DNA of 55,279 nt from an uncultured Hyphomicrobiales bacterium (lineage in GTDB: Bacteria; Pseudomonadota; Alphaproteobacteria; Rhizobiales; Beijerinckiaceae): the NCBI GenBank assembly GCA_903889985.1, contig CAISZN010000319.1, positions 1 to 55,279 of the forward strand, written 5' to 3'. The notes below the pieces were generated by a model. It ran no database searches. It saw nothing but the letters and a program-made list of their open reading frames with translations, and was not told the DNA's origin. Shown here piece by piece: positions 10,052 through 19,188 of this stretch. Every line of letters starts with the position of its first letter. The stretch's first letter is position 1. Both the position numbers and the translations under genes were made by a program.

Positions 10052-10849
10052 TCAGCCGAAGCGGCCGGTGATGTAGTCCTGCGTCTTCTGGTTCGACGGG
10101 CTCGTAAACATCGTTGAGGTATCGCCGTATTCAATCAGATCGCCGAGATACATGAAGGCCGTGAACTCAGAGACGCGTGCGGCCTGCTGCATGCTGTGCG
10201 TCACGATTGCGATCGTGTAATCACGTTTCAGCTCTTCGATCAGCTCCTCGACCTTGGCCGTCGAAATGGGATCGAGCGCCGAACAGGGTTCATCGAAGAG
10301 GATGACTTCTGGATGGATCGCCACTGTGCGGGCGATGCAAAGACGCTGCTGCTGACCGCCGGAGAGCGAAAGGCCACTCGCATTGAGCTTGTCCTTCACC
10401 TCTCCCCACAGGGCAGCGCCACGAAGCGCCTTTTCCACCCGACCATCGAGCTCGCTCTTGGAGAGCTTCTCATATAGCCGGATGCCGAATGCGATGTTTT
10501 CATAGATCGTCATCGGAAACGGAGTCGGCTTCTGGAACACCATTCCAACGCGAGCGCGCAGGAGGTTCAGATCCTGGGCCGGGTCCAGGATGTTCACGCC
10601 ATCAAGCAGGACTTCCCCTTCGGCGCGCTGGTTCGGATAAAGATCATACATCCGGTTCAGCACGCGCAGCAGGGTGGATTTTCCGCAGCCCGATGGGCCG
10701 ATGAAGGCTGTCACCTTGTTGGCATAAAGGGGCAGATTGATGCTCTTCAGAGCAAGACTCTGTCCATAGTAAAATTTCAGATCCCGGATCGCCACCTTGA
10801 CTGGCATTCCAGTGGACTCGAAATTTGTGAGGGCAACGGCCTCGTTCAT
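10052..10849 (-). CDS. pstB: Phosphate ABC transporter ATPase PstB
   Basis: [48 protein letters not shown]. Confidence 0.98.
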   Translation of the reverse strand: MNEAVALTNFESTGMPVKVAIRDLKFYYGQSLALKSINLPLYANKVTAFIGPSGCGKSTLLRVLNRMYDLYPNQRAEGEVLLDGVNILDPAQDLNLLRARVGMVFQKPTPFPMTIYENIAFGIRLYEKLSKSELDGRVEKALRGAALWGEVKDKLNASGLSLSGGQQQRLCIARTVAIHPEVILFDEPCSALDPISTAKVEELIEELKRDYTIAIVTHSMQQAARVSEFTAFMYLGDLIEYGDTSTMFTSPSNQKTQDYITGRFG

Positions 10850-11688
10850 TACTTGCTCCTCTGCGAACCAAGGGTACGCGCAACGATATTGAGGGACAGA
10901 ACCGCAAGGGTGATCAACAAGGCGCCTGTCCAGGCCAGACGCTTCCAGTTCGGATCAGGATTGTTGATGAAATTGTTGATGGTGACTGGCAGGTTGGCCA
11001 TGGTCTTCGACAGGTCGACGCTCCAGAACTGGTTCGACAGAGCCGTGAAGAGGAGTGGAGCGGTCTCACCGCTGATGCGCGCCACGCCCAGCAACAGACC
11101 GGTGATCAAGCCTGTCTGTGCGGCCTTATAGGCAATCCGACGAATGACCAGGGACCGCGGCAAGCCAAGCGCAGAGGCCGCTTCGCGCAGGGGATTTGGA
11201 ACTAGCAGCAGCATGTCCTCTGTCGTGCGAACGACAACGGGGATCACGATGACAGCCAGCGCAATCGCACCAGCAATACCCGAGAACCCGCCCATCGGCA
11301 GCACGACGGCGCCATAGACGAAGAGGCCTATGATGATCGATGGCGCGCTGAGAAGGATGTCGTTGACGAAGCGGATCACCGAAGTGACCTTCGAATATCG
11401 TCCGTACTCAGCCATGTAGGTGCCGGCGAGAATGCCAAGCGGGGCACCGACAGCCGTCCCGATCCCAGTCATGATGAGGCTGCCCACGATAGCGTTGAGC
11501 AGACCGCCGCCCTGTGCATTCGGAGGTGGCGTCATCTGGGTAAAGACGTCGATGCCCAGCCCGGCAAAGCCGTTCCACAGAAGCGCACCCAGGATCAGAA
11601 CGAGCCAGAGCAGGCCGACGACCGTAGCTGCCATGCAAAGGCCCATTGCGATGGTGTTGCGATAACGACGGGTTGAATATCCGTTCAT
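10849..11688 (-). CDS. pstA: Phosphate ABC transporter permease PstA
   Basis: [31 protein letters not shown]. Confidence 0.97.
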   Translation of the reverse strand: MNGYSTRRYRNTIAMGLCMAATVVGLLWLVLILGALLWNGFAGLGIDVFTQMTPPPNAQGGGLLNAIVGSLIMTGIGTAVGAPLGILAGTYMAEYGRYSKVTSVIRFVNDILLSAPSIIIGLFVYGAVVLPMGGFSGIAGAIALAVIVIPVVVRTTEDMLLLVPNPLREAASALGLPRSLVIRRIAYKAAQTGLITGLLLGVARISGETAPLLFTALSNQFWSVDLSKTMANLPVTINNFINNPDPNWKRLAWTGALLITLAVLSLNIVARTLGSQRSK

Positions 11689-11691
11689 GGC

Positions 11692-12693
11692 TTAAACTCC
11701 CGCCTTGCGCTCAAGGCGCATCAGCAACAGGCGCGCCATTGCGAGAACGAAGAACGTCAGGACAAAGAGCAGCAGCCCGAGGAGGATCAGCGCGGATTGG
11801 TGCAGATCACTACTTTCTGCGAACTCGCTGGCAATCGCTGCGGAGATGGTCGTGCTGGGACCGAAAAGCGACCCGGTGATGCGGAAACTGTTGCCGATGA
11901 CGAAAGTCACCGCCATGGTCTCTCCGAGTGCGCGCCCCAGCGCCAGCATGATGCCGCCAATCACGCCAACGCGGGTGTAGGGCATCACGACATTGCGAAC
12001 GACCTCCCAGGTGGTGCAGCCCACGCCATAGGCTGCTTCCTTGAGGACCGGAGGAACCGTCTCGAAGACATCTCGCGAAATGGCCGTGATGAACGGAAGG
12101 ATCATGATCGCGAGCACGAGAGACGCATTGAACAGGCTCAGGTTGCTGGCGGGCCCGGCAAAGATCGTGTTGAGAACCGGCACGTTCTCGAACAGGTCGA
12201 CGAGGGCGGGTTCAATGGAATTGGCGAGGAAGGGGCCAAGGACGAAAAAGCCCCACATGCCGTAGATAATCGAAGGGATGCCCGCCAGAAGCTCGATGGC
12301 CATCCCCACGGGACGACGCAGCCAGTAGGGGCACAGCTCGGTCAGGAAAATCGAAATCCCAAGGCCGATGGGCACCGCGATGGCCATTGCGATGATCGAA
12401 CTCACCATCGTTCCATATAGCGGGCCAAGGCCGCCGAGAACCGGAACAGGGCGCGCGTTGGGCGCCCAGCGCTGGGTCAGAAGAAAGTCGACCCCAAACG
12501 TCCTGATCGCCGGCCATGCGCCGATGAAAAGGGAAATGATGATGCCCCCAAGGATGAAGAGCACAAGGAAGGCGGCTCCCTTGGTGAGCCAATAAAAACT
12601 CTTGTCTCCGAGCTTGAAGCTCGCCAGGGCGCGTTCCCGGTTCTTGGCACCGGAACTGACCAACATCCCACTTTCAACCGCGATGTCGCTCAC
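11692..12693 (-). CDS. pstC: Phosphate ABC transporter permease PstC
   Basis: IELLAGIPSIIYGMWG, LKEAAYG.G, RALGETMAV; GTG at 12693 has a GAAGGAG SD (alternative ATG at 12720). Confidence 0.97.
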   Translation of the reverse strand: MSDIAVESGMLVSSGAKNRERALASFKLGDKSFYWLTKGAAFLVLFILGGIIISLFIGAWPAIRTFGVDFLLTQRWAPNARPVPVLGGLGPLYGTMVSSIIAMAIAVPIGLGISIFLTELCPYWLRRPVGMAIELLAGIPSIIYGMWGFFVLGPFLANSIEPALVDLFENVPVLNTIFAGPASNLSLFNASLVLAIMILPFITAISRDVFETVPPVLKEAAYGVGCTTWEVVRNVVMPYTRVGVIGGIMLALGRALGETMAVTFVIGNSFRITGSLFGPSTTISAAIASEFAESSDLHQSALILLGLLLFVLTFFVLAMARLLLMRLERKAGV

Positions 12694-12739
12694 GGGAGGC
12701 TCCTTCAAACTCTGGGTCATGCACAGTCCGAAATAAGTC

Positions 12740-12762
12740 AGGGGGAGGACCAGCCTCCCCCT
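12740..12762. terminator. pstS-pstC intergenic stem-loop (mRNA stabiliser or partial terminator)
   Basis: agggggagg-accag-cctccccct directly after the pstS stop codon. Confidence 0.65.
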
Positions 12763-12770
12763 TCTTGAGA

Positions 12771-13784
12771 TTATTTGGTCTTGATATCAGCTTCCCAAGT
12801 CTTGCGGATACGGTCGGTGACCGCGGCCGGCATCGGGATGAAGTCAAGCTCTTCAGCCATCTTGTCGCCGCTCTTGAAAGCCCAGTCGAAGAACTTGAGT
12901 GCTTCGCTGGAGGCCGCCTTGTCTTGCGGCTGGGCATACATGAGGATGAAAGTCGCAGCCGTCAGCGGCCAGGACTTGTCACCAGGCTGATCCGTCAGGA
13001 TCTGGTAGTAGCCCGGGACGGACCAATCTGCATTCGAGGCCGCAGCCTGGAAAGCCTCGACCGTCGGCTTGACGACCTTGCCAGCCTTGTTGGCCATGGC
13101 AGCGAAAGTCAGCTTGTTCTGCTTGGCATAGGCGTATTCGACGTAGCCGATCGAGTTCTTGGTCTGACCGACGTTGCCAGCAACACCGTCGTTGCCGCGA
13201 GCGCCGACACCAACCGGCCATTCGACGGAGGCGTCAGAACCGACCTTGGTCTTCCACTCGGCCGAAACCTTGGAAAGATAGTTGGTGAAGTTGAAGGTCG
13301 TGCCCGACCCGTCCGAGCGACGAACGACCGTGATGGCGGTCGAAGGAAGCTTCAAATTCGGATTGAGCTTCTTGATTGCCGCATCATCCCACTTCGAGAC
13401 CTTTCCGAGGAAGATGTCAGCGAGGGTGGTGCCGTCGAGGACGAGTTCGCCAGTCGCGATGCCTTCGACATTGAACACGGCAACGATGCCGCCCATGACC
13501 ATCGGCCACTGGACGAGGCCGTCCTTCTTGAGGTCTTCGGCGGTCAGCGGGATGTCCGAAGCGCCGAAGGTCACGGTCTTGGCCTGGATCTGCTTGATGC
13601 CAGCGCCCGAACCGATCGACTGATAGTTAAGGCCGTTGCCGGTCTCTTTCTTGTAGGCGTCAGCCCACTTCGAATAGATCGGGAAGGGGAAGGTGGCGCC
13701 GGCGCCGGTGATGTCTGCCGCCACGGCAGACCCCGCCATCGCAACCGCTGCAGCCGCTGCAAGTGCCATTGTCCGGAAATTCAT
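12771..13784 (-). CDS. pstS: Phosphate ABC transporter substrate-binding protein PstS
   Basis: Signal peptide; [39 protein letters not shown]. Confidence 0.98.
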   Translation of the reverse strand: MNFRTMALAAAAAVAMAGSAVAADITGAGATFPFPIYSKWADAYKKETGNGLNYQSIGSGAGIKQIQAKTVTFGASDIPLTAEDLKKDGLVQWPMVMGGIVAVFNVEGIATGELVLDGTTLADIFLGKVSKWDDAAIKKLNPNLKLPSTAITVVRRSDGSGTTFNFTNYLSKVSAEWKTKVGSDASVEWPVGVGARGNDGVAGNVGQTKNSIGYVEYAYAKQNKLTFAAMANKAGKVVKPTVEAFQAAASNADWSVPGYYQILTDQPGDKSWPLTAATFILMYAQPQDKAASSEALKFFDWAFKSGDKMAEELDFIPMPAAVTDRIRKTWEADIKTK

Positions 13785-13882
13785 GAAACGCCTCTCTCTG
13801 CCGTTACTATTACGGTCGAAGCCTGCTGGCTCGCGTCCGCCGTCTTCCTAGGCAGAGCGTGTGTCATGAATAATAAGCTTTT

Positions 13883-13900
13883 ATGACACTTTGATGACGT
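13883..13900 (-). promoter_or_regulatory. Pho box upstream of pstS
   Basis: Minus strand ACGTCAT-caaa-GTGTCAT, an 11-bp-period match to CTGTCAT-N4-CTGTCAT, about 100 bp upstream of pstS. Confidence 0.85.
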
Positions 13901-14166
13901 CTTTTTATATCATTTTTTCAGCAGCTTAATCGATGCGTAAATTTCACCCCGAAACCATTTCCCGGCCAAAGTTGTCACAATGTGTCAGCCAATCAAGGAT
14001 TTCAGAGGGTTGATCCCGCCAGCCCTCCTCCGGGAGCGCCAGGAATGCCACAGATTGTCGTTTAGCCTCCAGCGGGCTTGTCACGAACATGACTGTTCCC
14101 CGAAAGATCACGGTTAGGCTGGCCTCGATCAGGTCACGAGACCCGATGACGAGCTGCGAGAGCCCC

Positions 14167-14952
14167 ATGAGCCATATCTCCGACGTTGGCAAAGCTTCCA
14201 CGGCCCCAGTGACCCCGGTTCAGCCGCCGCGCCCCACCCAAAAGACAGCTGAAGTCGGCGGCATGCCCGTCCGCCTCGCGACTAGCGAGGAGGTGCGCAG
14301 CGGCCCCAGCGATGCCGGAATGGCGGCGGAAAAGTTCCACGCCAACGCTGTCGACATTGACCAGAGCTGGTCACTTGCGTCCTCGGCGCAGAAATCAGCA
14401 GAGAAGGCCTCTGCAGCTTTCACCAAGGTGCTCGACCATCTGGCTGATGGCCACACCGGCGAGGATACATTGGGTCATCTGGACGAAATGATTCATGAAG
14501 CTCAGCACAACTCCGAGGTGCTTTTGGAAGAAATGGCCACTTCCGCAGGCATGGGCGCGATGCTTCGCAACTTACGCTTTGAGGCTGAAGAGATCGAGAA
14601 GGCGAAGGAGATCCTTACTGATCTTCGCGCCGATCATCTTTCCGACGCCAGTGACCTGCTGGACGCTCTCATAAGCGCGAAACTGGCTGACACGAATGGC
14701 TCTGACCTTCGAGAACAGATCGATCAGAGTAAGAGCAAGCTCAAGGAGACGCTGGATTCCATCAAACAGGAAATTACCAAGGCGCGCCTGAAAGATTTGC
14801 ACGAGGTCGCTGATGGGGTGATCGCCATGTCCCCCGACGGCGTCAGGGATGCCAACATGGTTGAAAACCACCCAGAGCCTTCTGAGCCTGACGGGATCGA
14901 CGCAATCAGCAACGCTCCCACCCAGTCATCAGCAAGGAGGCCAGATTGGTGA
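14167..14952 (+). CDS. Hypothetical acidic helical protein; candidate type III-secreted substrate
   Basis: 261-aa ORF; S/T/P-rich N-terminus with no signal peptide; coiled-coil-like body; directly upstream of a CesT-type chaperone. Confidence 0.6.
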   Translation: MSHISDVGKASTAPVTPVQPPRPTQKTAEVGGMPVRLATSEEVRSGPSDAGMAAEKFHANAVDIDQSWSLASSAQKSAEKASAAFTKVLDHLADGHTGEDTLGHLDEMIHEAQHNSEVLLEEMATSAGMGAMLRNLRFEAEEIEKAKEILTDLRADHLSDASDLLDALISAKLADTNGSDLREQIDQSKSKLKETLDSIKQEITKARLKDLHEVADGVIAMSPDGVRDANMVENHPEPSEPDGIDAISNAPTQSSARRPDW

Positions 14953-15158
14953 GATCGCTCATCGCTGCAAGGCGACAAACGGGGAATGCGGACTGAAGAT
15001 CGCGATGACCGGATCCTTCGTGATTTCGGAGCAAGGCGCGCAGGGCGGCGACCTGACGATCCTGTCAGCAGGCCCCTTCATCCAGCGCATTACTGGCTCC
15101 ATCTGACGAAACGACAGCACCTACGACCTCTAAGATGCAACATGGAATGGAGATCGCG

Positions 15159-15608
15159 ATGAAGAACGCCGATGTGCTGAGGGATTTCGGTGGCAGGATC
15201 GGGCTGCCGAACCTCCAGTTCAGCAGCGACGGTGCTGTGGGCGTGGTCGTTGGAGACAATCTCGAAATTCGGATCGAGGGAGATGCTGATGGGGAGAGCC
15301 TGGACCTGATTGGCGTAATCGGCCCCCTTCCCTCGAACTCAAACCGCTTCCTGATTGCTCTTCTCACGGCCAATCATAGCGGGGTAGCAACTGATGGTGG
15401 CGCAGTGGCCATCGACCCGCGCACGACGGCTCTCACCTATTGCAAACGCATCGACACGAGTGCTGCGACGGGCGACAGTTTTCTGTGCGACATGCAGCAA
15501 TTCGTGAAATATCTCGCCTTCTGGGTCAATTATGTACCAGGCATCGCCACGGCCTATTCAGGCGAGCGGCGGGCAGAGCCTTTTACGGAAAGCACCATGC
15601 GAATTTGA
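15159..15608 (+). CDS. CesT/Tir-family (class I) type III secretion chaperone
   Basis: About 149 aa, acidic; L.DFG.RIGLPNLQFSSDG, LLTAN....TDGGAVAIDP, C-terminal amphipathic helix F...MQQFV....FW. Confidence 0.8.
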   Translation: MKNADVLRDFGGRIGLPNLQFSSDGAVGVVVGDNLEIRIEGDADGESLDLIGVIGPLPSNSNRFLIALLTANHSGVATDGGAVAIDPRTTALTYCKRIDTSAATGDSFLCDMQQFVKYLAFWVNYVPGIATAYSGERRAEPFTESTMRI

Positions 15609-15609
15609 C

Positions 15610-15644
15610 CAGGCGGGCTCAGGCGAAAAGGCCGGGCCCGCCTG
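15610..15644. terminator. Hairpin between the convergent chaperone and molybdoenzyme genes
   Basis: caggcgggc...gcccgcctg stem between the two stop codons. Confidence 0.55.
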
Positions 15645-15651
15645 TCATCGT

Positions 15652-17799
15652 TTAGCCGCCACCCATGGTGGAGCCGGGATAGAAGGGCAGAACGCTGACC
15701 CGTGTGCCGGTCAGCTTGGCATAGGCATTTGCAACGGCAGGGGCCACGCAGGGCACTGCGGTTTCACCAATACCCCCGATCGGCCCAGCGCTCGGAACGA
15801 TCTTCGTGATCACCTGCGGCATTTCCGAACGTCGCAGCAACCGGTAGTTGCTGAAGTTTGTCACATTGGCCTTGCCTGCCGCGAAAGTGACCTGACCCCA
15901 GAGCGTCGCGCTGAGGCCGTGGGCAACACCGCCTTGCATTTGCGCCTCGATGGCGTCCGGATTGACAGCGGTCCCGCAGTCGATCGCGCAATAGACCTTG
16001 TTGACCTTCACGACACCGGCCGACGTCTTTGTCACTTCCGCAACTTCCGCAATGATGCTGCCGAAACCAATGAGGAAAGCCAGTCCCCGCGCAGTTCCTG
16101 TAGGCGGCGGCGAAGCCCAGTTGCTGATCGAGGCCACCGCATCGAGCACGGCGAGCGCGCGCGTATTGCCAGCGAGAAGTGTTTTGCGGAAGGCGAGCGG
16201 GTCTTGACCCGCAAGTGCTGCAAGCTGGTCGATCGAGCTTTCGACGGCAAATGTGTTGTAGGACTCGCCCACGGAGCGCCAATAGCCGAGTGGCACACTG
16301 GTTGGATTGGGGACGAATTCGATCTGCCTTGCTCCGATCGAATAGGCAAGGCCAGTTGCACCCGCGACTGCCCCGGTATCCTCCGGATTCGATCCTGGCG
16401 TCGTGCTGCGCTGGGCGCTGATGGATGGCGCGACATTGCGATATACCAGCGAAGCAATATTGCCCGATGCATCGAGGCCCGCCTGCACACGGATCAAAGA
16501 GCATGGCCGGTACATGTCATGCTGGAAGTCCTGGGTGCGAGACCAGGTCAGCTTCACTGGCTTGCCGACAGCCTGGGAAATCTTGATGGCCTGGGAGATA
16601 TAGTCCTGCTCGATTTTGCGACCCAATCCTCCACCCAGGAAGGTCGTATGGACCGTGATGGCTGTCGCGGGCAGGCCGGTCAGAGCCTGAGCCGTCGCCA
16701 GGCAGTAGCCCTGCGCCTGCGTTGGCGCCCAGATTTCACAGGACGTCGGAGTCACCGAGGCTGTGCAGTTCAGGACTTCCATGCAGGCATGGGCAAGGAA
16801 CGGCAGCTGGTATGTGGCATCGATTTTATTGGTCGAGCCAGCAAGCGCTGTCACTGCATCGCCACTCGTCTCAATGACTTGTGGCGTGCCTGACGACATC
16901 AGCGTCTGCGCCTGGGCGAGAATAGCTGCTGAATCAATGCTCGCGGAGGAGGCTGGGATCGCCCAGGTGACCTTGAGGCCATTGGCGAGGTTCATCGCGG
17001 TCCAGGTATCATTGGCGACAACGCCAACAGCATTGCCCAGGTTGACGACAGCGAGAGCACCACCTGGCTTTGATGGCATTGTTTGCACTGTCCCCCCCAA
17101 GGTGGGGCAATGCTGGACGGCCGCATAGACCATTCCGGGAACCCGGACGTCGATTCCGAATGTCGCAGCACCTGTGACCTTGTCTGGAATGTCCGTACGC
17201 GGAAGGCGCTGGCCGATGACTGTCAGCGTGGTATTGAGCGAAACCGTGGATGGATCTGGCGCCGTGAGTTTCGCCGCATCAGCGGCAATGGTCCCGAAGG
17301 GCACGGATGTGGAGCCACACCAGACAGCGCTATTCTTGACCGTACAATTACTGCGCGGCTGACCAAGGTAGGTCGCGCCCTGCGTCAGCAACATTTCACG
17401 CGCAACGGCTGCAGCCTTGCGCAGTGGCGTGAACCATCCACGCATGCTCGTGCTACCACCCGTGACCTGCGCATGAAAAAGCGGATTGGCATAGGCAGCC
17501 GCAGCTGGCGCATGTTCAGTGCGCACAGTGGTCCAGTCCAGTGCCAGCTCCTCGGCAACAAGTTGGGCCATACCGGTCATGATGCCCTGCCCCATCTCGG
17601 TCGCACCGATATAGACGGTGACCACGTTGCTGGGATCGATCTGGATATAGGCGCCGACCATGGCACCCGTGCCGGCTATCGCTTCATGACCGCTGAACCC
17701 AACGGTGAAGCTGACGACAAGTCCCGCAGTTCCACTGCGGAGGAAAGAGCGACGGTCGAGCGCAAAGGAACCACGCTCTGCGAGAACAGCCTGGGTCAT
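15652..17799 (-). CDS. Xanthine dehydrogenase family molybdopterin subunit, IorB (isoquinoline 1-oxidoreductase beta)-like, Tat-exported
   Basis: DRRSFLR Tat motif, EMGQG, QVTGGSTS, HACME, GGGLGRK, WRSVG, QMQGG, GGIGE. Confidence 0.92.
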   Translation of the reverse strand: MTQAVLAERGSFALDRRSFLRSGTAGLVVSFTVGFSGHEAIAGTGAMVGAYIQIDPSNVVTVYIGATEMGQGIMTGMAQLVAEELALDWTTVRTEHAPAAAAYANPLFHAQVTGGSTSMRGWFTPLRKAAAVAREMLLTQGATYLGQPRSNCTVKNSAVWCGSTSVPFGTIAADAAKLTAPDPSTVSLNTTLTVIGQRLPRTDIPDKVTGAATFGIDVRVPGMVYAAVQHCPTLGGTVQTMPSKPGGALAVVNLGNAVGVVANDTWTAMNLANGLKVTWAIPASSASIDSAAILAQAQTLMSSGTPQVIETSGDAVTALAGSTNKIDATYQLPFLAHACMEVLNCTASVTPTSCEIWAPTQAQGYCLATAQALTGLPATAITVHTTFLGGGLGRKIEQDYISQAIKISQAVGKPVKLTWSRTQDFQHDMYRPCSLIRVQAGLDASGNIASLVYRNVAPSISAQRSTTPGSNPEDTGAVAGATGLAYSIGARQIEFVPNPTSVPLGYWRSVGESYNTFAVESSIDQLAALAGQDPLAFRKTLLAGNTRALAVLDAVASISNWASPPPTGTARGLAFLIGFGSIIAEVAEVTKTSAGVVKVNKVYCAIDCGTAVNPDAIEAQMQGGVAHGLSATLWGQVTFAAGKANVTNFSNYRLLRRSEMPQVITKIVPSAGPIGGIGETAVPCVAPAVANAYAKLTGTRVSVLPFYPGSTMGGG

Positions 17800-17852
17800 A
17801 TGGGGCGTCTCCAATTATCTGATCAGGAATGGTGAAGGGAATGGATGGGCTG

Positions 17853-18425
17853 TTAGAGCCCCTGCACTGCAGCGGTGACACGCTGGTAAGTGCCGCAGAC
17901 ACAGAGATTGTTCATCTCTCCAGTGATGCTGCTGCCGTGATGGCCGGCCTTCATGGCGCCGACTGCTGACATCAGCATTCCGGACTGGCAATAACCGCAC
18001 TGTGGCACCTGGTTGGCGATCCAGGCCGCCTGTGCCTTCTTGCCATCAGGGTCTGCAGCCAGACCTTCGACAGTCATGATCTGCTTGCCAGCTGCTTCCG
18101 ATACGCTCATGTCGCAGGATTTCTCCGGCTGACCATTGATGAGAACCGTGCAGGCGCCGCAAATCTCTACGCCGCAACCATATTTGGTGCCGGTCAGGCC
18201 GACCAGATCGCGCAGAGCCCAAAGCAGAGGCATGTCCGTGCTGCTGACATTGATCGGATAGCTCTTTCCATTCACATTGAGTGTGACGCCCGAGCCGCCA
18301 GACGTCGTGGCAGGTGAGCCGGAGCCGGCAACGGAACCTGAATTTGAACCTGTATTCGAAGAAGAACTGCCATTCGAACCGGAATTCGTATTTGTGTTAT
18401 ATTTGCTGGGGCTGGAATCTTCCAT
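17853..18425 (-). CDS. (2Fe-2S)-binding small subunit, IorA-like, with an N-terminal S/G/N/T-rich extension
   Basis: PLLWALRD, GTKYGCGVEICGACTV, QCGYCQSG, NLCVCGTY. Confidence 0.92.
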   Translation of the reverse strand: MEDSSPSKYNTNTNSGSNGSSSSNTGSNSGSVAGSGSPATTSGGSGVTLNVNGKSYPINVSSTDMPLLWALRDLVGLTGTKYGCGVEICGACTVLINGQPEKSCDMSVSEAAGKQIMTVEGLAADPDGKKAQAAWIANQVPQCGYCQSGMLMSAVGAMKAGHHGSSITGEMNNLCVCGTYQRVTAAVQGL

Positions 18426-18566
18426 TGCAGTGACTCCGATAGAAATTTGACCAATCGCCCGACGCTGATTCGAAGCGCGGCTCCGCGACCGAAATGACCA
18501 TAGAACCCAATTGCTCAGCCGACGTTAAATTCAGCGCGTGATTTCGAACTGAAGGTCTCAGCTAAA

Positions 18567-18590
18567 TATGACTCCAATTTTATAGTCATA
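18567..18590. promoter_or_regulatory. Inverted repeat TATGACT-N10-AGTCATA upstream of iorA, candidate operator
   Basis: Perfect 7-bp arms in AT-rich intergenic DNA about 140 bp upstream of the start. Confidence 0.35.
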
Positions 18591-19188
18591 GTGTCCTGCC
18601 CCGTTCGAGGGGGTCAGCAAGCAGATGTCAATCACGACTGTTTCGAACTTAAATACATGATATTATTTCTATTTTTAGTCTGCTTCCCCATGCCTTATCG
18701 GGCGGATTACATGATCGGACGCCACCACGGGGGCAGGACCTCGCCTGCGTCCGCACCCTGCCCCATGATAAAAAAATTAATTCGGATACATGCTCGTCTC
18801 GATAGGAGTGATGAATTGGCTCAACATGTGATCGGCCGCTTTCTGAACGACATTGATTTTATGGATCAACGATATAGTCGACGCCACTGCGAAAATTGTT
18901 GAAAAATCGTCATAAATCATTGCTTCAGCGGGCTCCACTTCGTCAGGCCGTGGCAGCTTTCCCCGTGACAATCCATCATCAGGCACAACCTTCGATTGCC
19001 GCGCAAAGTGAACGGTACAGACCTGCTCGGTAGCCAGGATTGACTGCAGGATTTCACGGTTGAGGGCGACACGGATATGGGACGTGATGGCTCACACCAG
19101 TGGATGACTTCCCCTTTCACCTTGCGCCTCGCGCCCCGACGCTCCATCAAGGGGCCGGTGCGTGGTAGGGGTCGAGGGTTCCAGGCGG

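Noticed and set aside
13982-14000. Possible rhizobial tts box (GTCAG core) upstream of the candidate effector
   Set aside because: The downstream CG-N2-AG part does not match (GTCAGCCAATCAAGGA)
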